Source: a virus (lineage: Duplodnaviria; Heunggongvirae; Uroviricota; Caudoviricetes; Crassvirales). From it: a stretch of 12,575 nucleotides of DNA. Position 1 is the first letter of the stretch. Every line of letters begins with the position of its first letter. Location: IMG/VR virus record IMGVR_UViG_3300017605_000245, positions 64,001 to 76,575 of that record, one strand, 5' to 3'. Shown here piece after piece: positions 8,466-12,575 of this stretch. The position numbers were made by a program, and so were the translations under genes. Under the pieces are notes generated by a model. It was not told where the DNA came from and searched no databases. It saw only the letters and a program-made list of their open reading frames with translations.

Positions 8466-8472
8466 ATTAACA
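8457..8472 (-). promoter_or_regulatory. Gene junction A: stop-start spacer TAA-T-ATG (probable translational coupling, no Shine-Dalgarno)
   Basis: Minus strand reads AAA TGT TAA T ATG GAC TGT ATT: 1-nt gap, A at -3, no AGGAG upstream. Consistent with SD-independent initiation known in Bacteroidota. Confidence 0.55.
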
Positions 8473-11400
8473 TTTTTGTTGTGTTCTTATTTTTTCAGCT
8501 AATTTTAACAGTTGCTGTTCTGCATCTTCTGCAATCTTAGTAAACTTCTCTACAGCTACTTGATTACCTCTCTTGGTCATATTCTCAACATTGTTTCGAG
8601 ATACTGTTAAAGTTTTCTCAAGTCTCTCCTGTTCTAATAAATCATCACCTTTAACTTCTAATCCTTTAAAAGCTTCTTGATAATCTTTATATTCAGGTGT
8701 ACCAGGTATATCTGTCTTATTCACGATTGTAATTGTTTCTTTAGGTAAAGATACGACTTTTTCCTGAGATTTCAAAATATTTTCGTAATTATTTTCAACA
8801 GTTTCTCTAATAAAGTCTTCAACCATATCATAAGTCTCTAATTGACCATCAATATAAATACCTTCGTCAGAATAAACAACCTCTTCTACTGCAATAAATT
8901 TACCATCAGCATCTAAAACATAATCAGGACTTTTAATAGTGTCACTGTCAAGTTCACGTTTATTTAAAATGTTACCAACAATTTTGCGATATTCAGCAAC
9001 TTTTTCAACTTTTAACTTATCCTTATCAATAGCTGAAACAGCTTCTTCCTGAGTTTGAACTACAGGATTTACTATTGTTTCTACAGGTTTAGCTTTAGAT
9101 TCAATTGTAGAACTTATCCACAATTCAGAACCTCTATTCTTTTTAATATCCTTAGCTTTAGTATCTGTAGATTGTTTAAAAGAACTTCCATTAGGATCTG
9201 TATCTAAATTAGTATTAACAATTTTATTATCAAATAAGTATTTTAAATATGTAGCATTCTTAAAGTTTAAGTCTTTATTTACATTAGCATCTGTAGTAAT
9301 TGTCATTACATTGTGATACTTATTTTGTAAGTCTTTACCTAATTCTTCCATATCATATTGGAAGTAATCTTTATTATTATAAGTAATGTATCGATTTCCC
9401 TCTATATCTTCTTTAATTACAATTGATTGGTCATTATTACTATCTTCAAGAACTAATGCTTCAATTAATTTACTGATTTGAATCGTAGCAGGATTATTTC
9501 CTAGTAATTCAATCTCGGAAGATAATACTTTTAGAACTTCATTATAAACATCTTCATTAACTCCTTTTAAGCTAATTAAATTTTCAGTTCTTAATTCAGG
9601 ATTATGCAATAACTCACTATAAATCTGTGCCAATGTAGAAGCTTTAACTTCATTTAGTCTACTAAAGTTTAGTTTAACAGGAACATTATCTCCTTTAGGA
9701 TTTTTAATTACAAGAAAAATTTGACCCTTTTGACTTTCAACAGTCTTACTAATATTAGATGTTAAAGGTGCTTTATTGTCAGATACTAAAATTAAATCTC
9801 CTTTATTATTAACGTGATAAAGAGTTACTTTATTCTCAGGATTTTTTGAGTCTAAAGTTCTAATATAATCTATTTCTAAAGGATTATTCTTAACAGGTTT
9901 ACCACCTTCAAACTTAGTATTAAAACTAGGAGTCTCTTGATTGGTAACTGTAGTACTTAAATCATCTAATGTAGCTCCTGCAATAAGAGCATCTACAATA
10001 TTAGTTCTAAGTTTAACTGCATTAGGTCCTTTAAATGATGACCATGATTTAGCTTGTCCGTTATTATAAACAAAGTTAAGAGGTAGATTATCAATTAAGA
10101 ATTGTCTATTACCTGCTAAATCATCTCTAGTTTGAAGAATTTCAATTGCTTTTTCAATTCTTTCTTTATCTTCTTTCTTTGTAGCGGAATTAAACGTAGG
10201 TTTTTCATTAAGTTCAAACGTAACTACATCACCTTTCTTATCACGAGGTTCCATCTGATAAGTTTTAAAAGACGGATTGTTATTATCGTAACCAACTGTC
10301 TTATGGTCTGAAAACGTAGTACCTCCTGTAACAGGATTAATAGTTGTTACATCAACATCATCTGCAGAATTCTCATCTGATACATCTTGCGTAAAAGTAT
10401 GAGTAGTAACCTCACCTGTAGTAGGACTTGTTAAAGTAACACTATTAGGAGTAGTTGCTGTAACTGTCTCAGGCTCTTGCGTAACAGGATTAACAACAGT
10501 AGTTGTACCTGCAGGTTGAGTTTGTGCAGCTAGTGCCGCTTGTTTTAAAGCCTCTTCCTCTGCAGCCTTAGCTTCTAATTCTGCAAGTTTTGCAGCTTCT
10601 TCAGCATCTTGGTCAATCTCTCTATTGGTAATCTCTCCTGCTTCTAATTCAGCTTTCTTAACATTATAAGCTTTCTTTAATACAGGATTATTCTGTAAAT
10701 CAAGTTTCTCTAATTCTTCAAGAGTAGTTGCCGCAGAAATAGCATTAGATGTTTCATCTAAAGATAAAACCTTAGCAGGTTCTACTGCAGCTTTAATTTC
10801 CTCTTTAACTTCTACGTGTTTATTAAATTGTTGATTATGAAAATCATTATCCCAAATTAAATTGTTAGTAGTTTCTTCAAAATCTCTTAAATCAGACTCA
10901 GCTTTATCAATCTTTTTATTAAGTTCTGTTAATACAGGACTTTTAGGTTCAACGGTTCGAGTTTTATAAATATCTTCCATTCCTGCTTTATAGTCAGGAT
11001 TAACTTCTGTTGTAGGAGTATGTGTTAAAACTCTAGCTTTCTCAGATTTTAACTTCTCAAGTTCTTTACGTGTATCATATTCCTCAGCTCTTTCATTGAT
11101 AAACGCATCGCTTACTTTATTTAAATAAGTTAATACATCTTCTTTATTTGCTTTAGGGTCATTAATTTTGATAATATTAGTAGCCATATCTTTGAAAGAA
11201 GTTAAATCCTTTTGCAAAGATTTAGCTTTTTCAACCATATCTGATGTACGTTTTAAGTTATCTTTATTGATCTTACCTGTATCTTTATCTTCTTGTGGAA
11301 ATATAGTCTTTAAATGCTCTTGTAATGCCTCAATAGATGCTTCATCTTCAGTAATAAAACTTGAAATCAAATCAGTTTCAGTTTTCTTTTTAAGATAATC

Positions 11401-12575
11401 AACTAATTCTACGTCTCCTGCTTCAACAGCTTTATCATAAAGTTTTGATACTTCCTCATTCATATCTAAAGCAATTTTAACTCTAGCTACATTTTCAGGA
11501 ATTAAGATATCGTCACCATTCTCATCTTTTCTACGAATTTCAATATCTTCACCTGTCTCAGGATCTTTAGATAATTCAGTTTCGTAAAGTGGTAAGTTAA
11601 CATCTGTTAGTTTAACACCGATTCCTTGAACTTTATTTCTAAGCCTTTCACTATTAGATTGATCACGTTTATCTTGTTTGTAACCACTTACCACAGATAT
11701 AGGTGAACCTAAGATTCCGCCTAAGAAACCCGCAACCTGTCCTTCAGTTGTACCTAAAGTACGAATAAAATCTTCACCTAATGTACTTAAACTATAATCA
11801 TCCATGAATGACTTACCAAGTTTACCCTGTAAACCACTTTCAACATTTCGATTTTCTGTTGCAGATTGTGCAATCTCTTCACCACCTTCTGATAAAAAAG
11901 ACTGTCCTATCCTTTTAGCAGCTTTTCCTACAGTTTGTGTTGCAGAAGGAGTCATTACATTATTTACTAAATTTTTAGTAGTGTTTTTACCAAATAATAG
12001 TTTAGCTTGAATGTAGTTAGGTCCTGCGAGAATACCTACGTTCTTAATAAACGTATTCTTCATTGCTTCACCTTTCTGAGTTTGAAATTCTTTCTCAGCT
12101 TCAGCTTCTAAGTTATTGATTTGTGTATCATAATCTTCTTGAGAAATAAGACCTTGTGTTTTTTGTAAAGCGAGACTATTAACAAAAGCTTCATGTTCTT
12201 TAAAATAATTAGTTTTAAATTCATCTTTACGTGCCTCCATTGTATCGCCTACACCTTTAGCTTCAGCTCCTGCTTCAAAATAAGTATTAACTGCAGGGAT
12301 CATAAGATTATCAATCTTATCAATAGTAACTCCAGCAGCAGTTAATGCTTTACGAGCACCTTCTACATTTTTACCATATTTTGTAAGTTGTGCTAATTTT
12401 GTAGCACCTCCAAATATTTTATTACCTGCTCCAAGTGCTTTTAAGGCTGCACCAGGTGCCATAGCCGAGATTAAATATCCCACACCATCAGCACCTTCAG
12501 TAGCCCAAAATTCACCAGATGTAACTTTATCTAAAAAATCTCCATCTTCAACAGTCTTACTTACATATACAGGAA
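8467..12575 (-). CDS. Large virion/ejection protein with Gly-rich membrane-type helices and coiled coils (partial, 5' end beyond window; >1368 aa)
   Basis: The frame stays open upstream of the track's GTG at 12483 to the window edge (adds PVYVSKTVEDGDFLDKVTSGEFWATEGADG before V-GYLISAMAPG). Stop is TAA 8467-8469. Contains FWATEGADGVGYLISAMAPGAALKALGAG, EGGEEIAQ and GQVAGFLGGILGSPISVVSG segments, then charged helical regions. It lies directly upstream of the vRNAP. No catalytic motif recognised. Confidence 0.88.
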   Translation of the reverse strand, partial: PVYVSKTVEDGDFLDKVTSGEFWATEGADGVGYLISAMAPGAALKALGAGNKIFGGATKLAQLTKYGKNVEGARKALTAAGVTIDKIDNLMIPAVNTYFEAGAEAKGVGDTMEARKDEFKTNYFKEHEAFVNSLALQKTQGLISQEDYDTQINNLEAEAEKEFQTQKGEAMKNTFIKNVGILAGPNYIQAKLLFGKNTTKNLVNNVMTPSATQTVGKAAKRIGQSFLSEGGEEIAQSATENRNVESGLQGKLGKSFMDDYSLSTLGEDFIRTLGTTEGQVAGFLGGILGSPISVVSGYKQDKRDQSNSERLRNKVQGIGVKLTDVNLPLYETELSKDPETGEDIEIRRKDENGDDILIPENVARVKIALDMNEEVSKLYDKAVEAGDVELVDYLKKKTETDLISSFITEDEASIEALQEHLKTIFPQEDKDTGKINKDNLKRTSDMVEKAKSLQKDLTSFKDMATNIIKINDPKANKEDVLTYLNKVSDAFINERAEEYDTRKELEKLKSEKARVLTHTPTTEVNPDYKAGMEDIYKTRTVEPKSPVLTELNKKIDKAESDLRDFEETTNNLIWDNDFHNQQFNKHVEVKEEIKAAVEPAKVLSLDETSNAISAATTLEELEKLDLQNNPVLKKAYNVKKAELEAGEITNREIDQDAEEAAKLAELEAKAAEEEALKQAALAAQTQPAGTTTVVNPVTQEPETVTATTPNSVTLTSPTTGEVTTHTFTQDVSDENSADDVDVTTINPVTGGTTFSDHKTVGYDNNNPSFKTYQMEPRDKKGDVVTFELNEKPTFNSATKKEDKERIEKAIEILQTRDDLAGNRQFLIDNLPLNFVYNNGQAKSWSSFKGPNAVKLRTNIVDALIAGATLDDLSTTVTNQETPSFNTKFEGGKPVKNNPLEIDYIRTLDSKNPENKVTLYHVNNKGDLILVSDNKAPLTSNISKTVESQKGQIFLVIKNPKGDNVPVKLNFSRLNEVKASTLAQIYSELLHNPELRTENLISLKGVNEDVYNEVLKVLSSEIELLGNNPATIQISKLIEALVLEDSNNDQSIVIKEDIEGNRYITYNNKDYFQYDMEELGKDLQNKYHNVMTITTDANVNKDLNFKNATYLKYLFDNKIVNTNLDTDPNGSSFKQSTDTKAKDIKKNRGSELWISSTIESKAKPVETIVNPVVQTQEEAVSAIDKDKLKVEKVAEYRKIVGNILNKRELDSDTIKSPDYVLDADGKFIAVEEVVYSDEGIYIDGQLETYDMVEDFIRETVENNYENILKSQEKVVSLPKETITIVNKTDIPGTPEYKDYQEAFKGLEVKGDDLLEQERLEKTLTVSRNNVENMTKRGNQVAVEKFTKIAEDAEQQLLKLAEKIRTQQKC
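10300..10605 (-). repeat. Low-complexity protein linker: Ala/Glu/Lys helix (EEAAKLAELEAKAAEEEALKQAALAAQ) followed by Thr/Pro/Val-rich segment with imperfect NPVT/SPTT repeats
   Basis: Translation shows VVNPVTQE, TSPTTGE and TINPVTGG. The 13-mer gtaacaggattaa occurs at 10328-10340 and 10481-10493. Confidence 0.6.
11683..11742 (-). other. Putative GxxxG-type transmembrane/membrane-inserting helix GQVAGFLGGILGSPISVVSG
   Basis: 20 uncharged residues with repeated Gly at i/i+3/i+4, followed by basic YKQDKR. Confidence 0.55.

Larger units (their letters stand above)
1..12575 (-). mobile_element. Bacteriophage genome segment, crAss-like (Crassvirales-type) virion RNA polymerase / ejection protein cassette
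   Basis: Three co-oriented giant ORFs with only 3 intergenic nt in total. The central one has the DFDID-type two-barrel RNAP signature of crAss-like virion RNAPs, flanked by a zincin-domain protein and a membrane-helix/coiled-coil protein, matching the known three-giant-gene arrangement (e.g. phi14:2 gp65-gp66-gp67). No integrase, att site or host gene is visible, so free phage versus prophage cannot be decided. Confidence 0.88.

Noticed and set aside
8466-8489. +1 frameshift or readthrough fusing protein A to the RNAP
   Set aside because: The RNAP frame is open for only 7 codons upstream of its ATG, there is no recognisable shift signal, and TAA readthrough would stay out of frame.
11168-11398. 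76-aa plus-strand ORF
   Set aside because: Antisense shadow of protein A with no independent evidence.
11804-12010. 68-aa plus-strand ORF
   Set aside because: Antisense shadow of protein A with no independent evidence.
12481-12483. GTG start assigned by the ORF track to the 1338-aa ORF
   Set aside because: The frame stays open for 30 more codons to the window edge with protein-like sequence, so the true start lies outside the window.
1-12575. tRNA/rRNA genes, CRISPR arrays, IS elements, promoters, intergenic terminators
   Set aside because: Only 3 non-coding nt exist. I saw no regularly spaced repeats, cloverleafs or terminal inverted repeats, and any Bacteroidota TAnnTTTG-like match inside coding DNA could not be told apart from chance.

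Overview
AT-rich (roughly 30% GC, estimated by eye) phage DNA, essentially 100% coding on the minus strand, with three giant genes packed 1 and 2 nt apart. In transcription order: (A) a >1368-aa protein running off the right edge (8467..>12575) with Gly-rich membrane-type helices, long coiled coils and a Thr/Pro linker, probably an ejected virion protein; (B) a complete 2435-aa single-chain two-barrel RNA polymerase (1158..8465; GSDFDIDK catalytic loop, YRIPNQG, VDIAKDP), the hallmark virion RNAP of crAss-like phages (phi14:2 gp66 type); (C) a >385-aa protein running off the left edge (<1..1155), missed by the ORF track, with an HEVVH...EFIAE zincin metalloprotease domain. The best call is the virion-RNAP/ejection-protein cassette of a Crassvirales-like phage, probably of a Bacteroidota host, using the standard code with no visible introns or inteins. 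The most striking unexplained signal: about 4,190 encoded residues contain only four cysteines, all within three residues of a protein end and paired across the two gene junctions (...QQKC* / MDCI... and ...LKKCKG* / MNCI...). This suggests (inference) head-to-tail docking, possibly by disulfide, of the ejected proteins in gene order.
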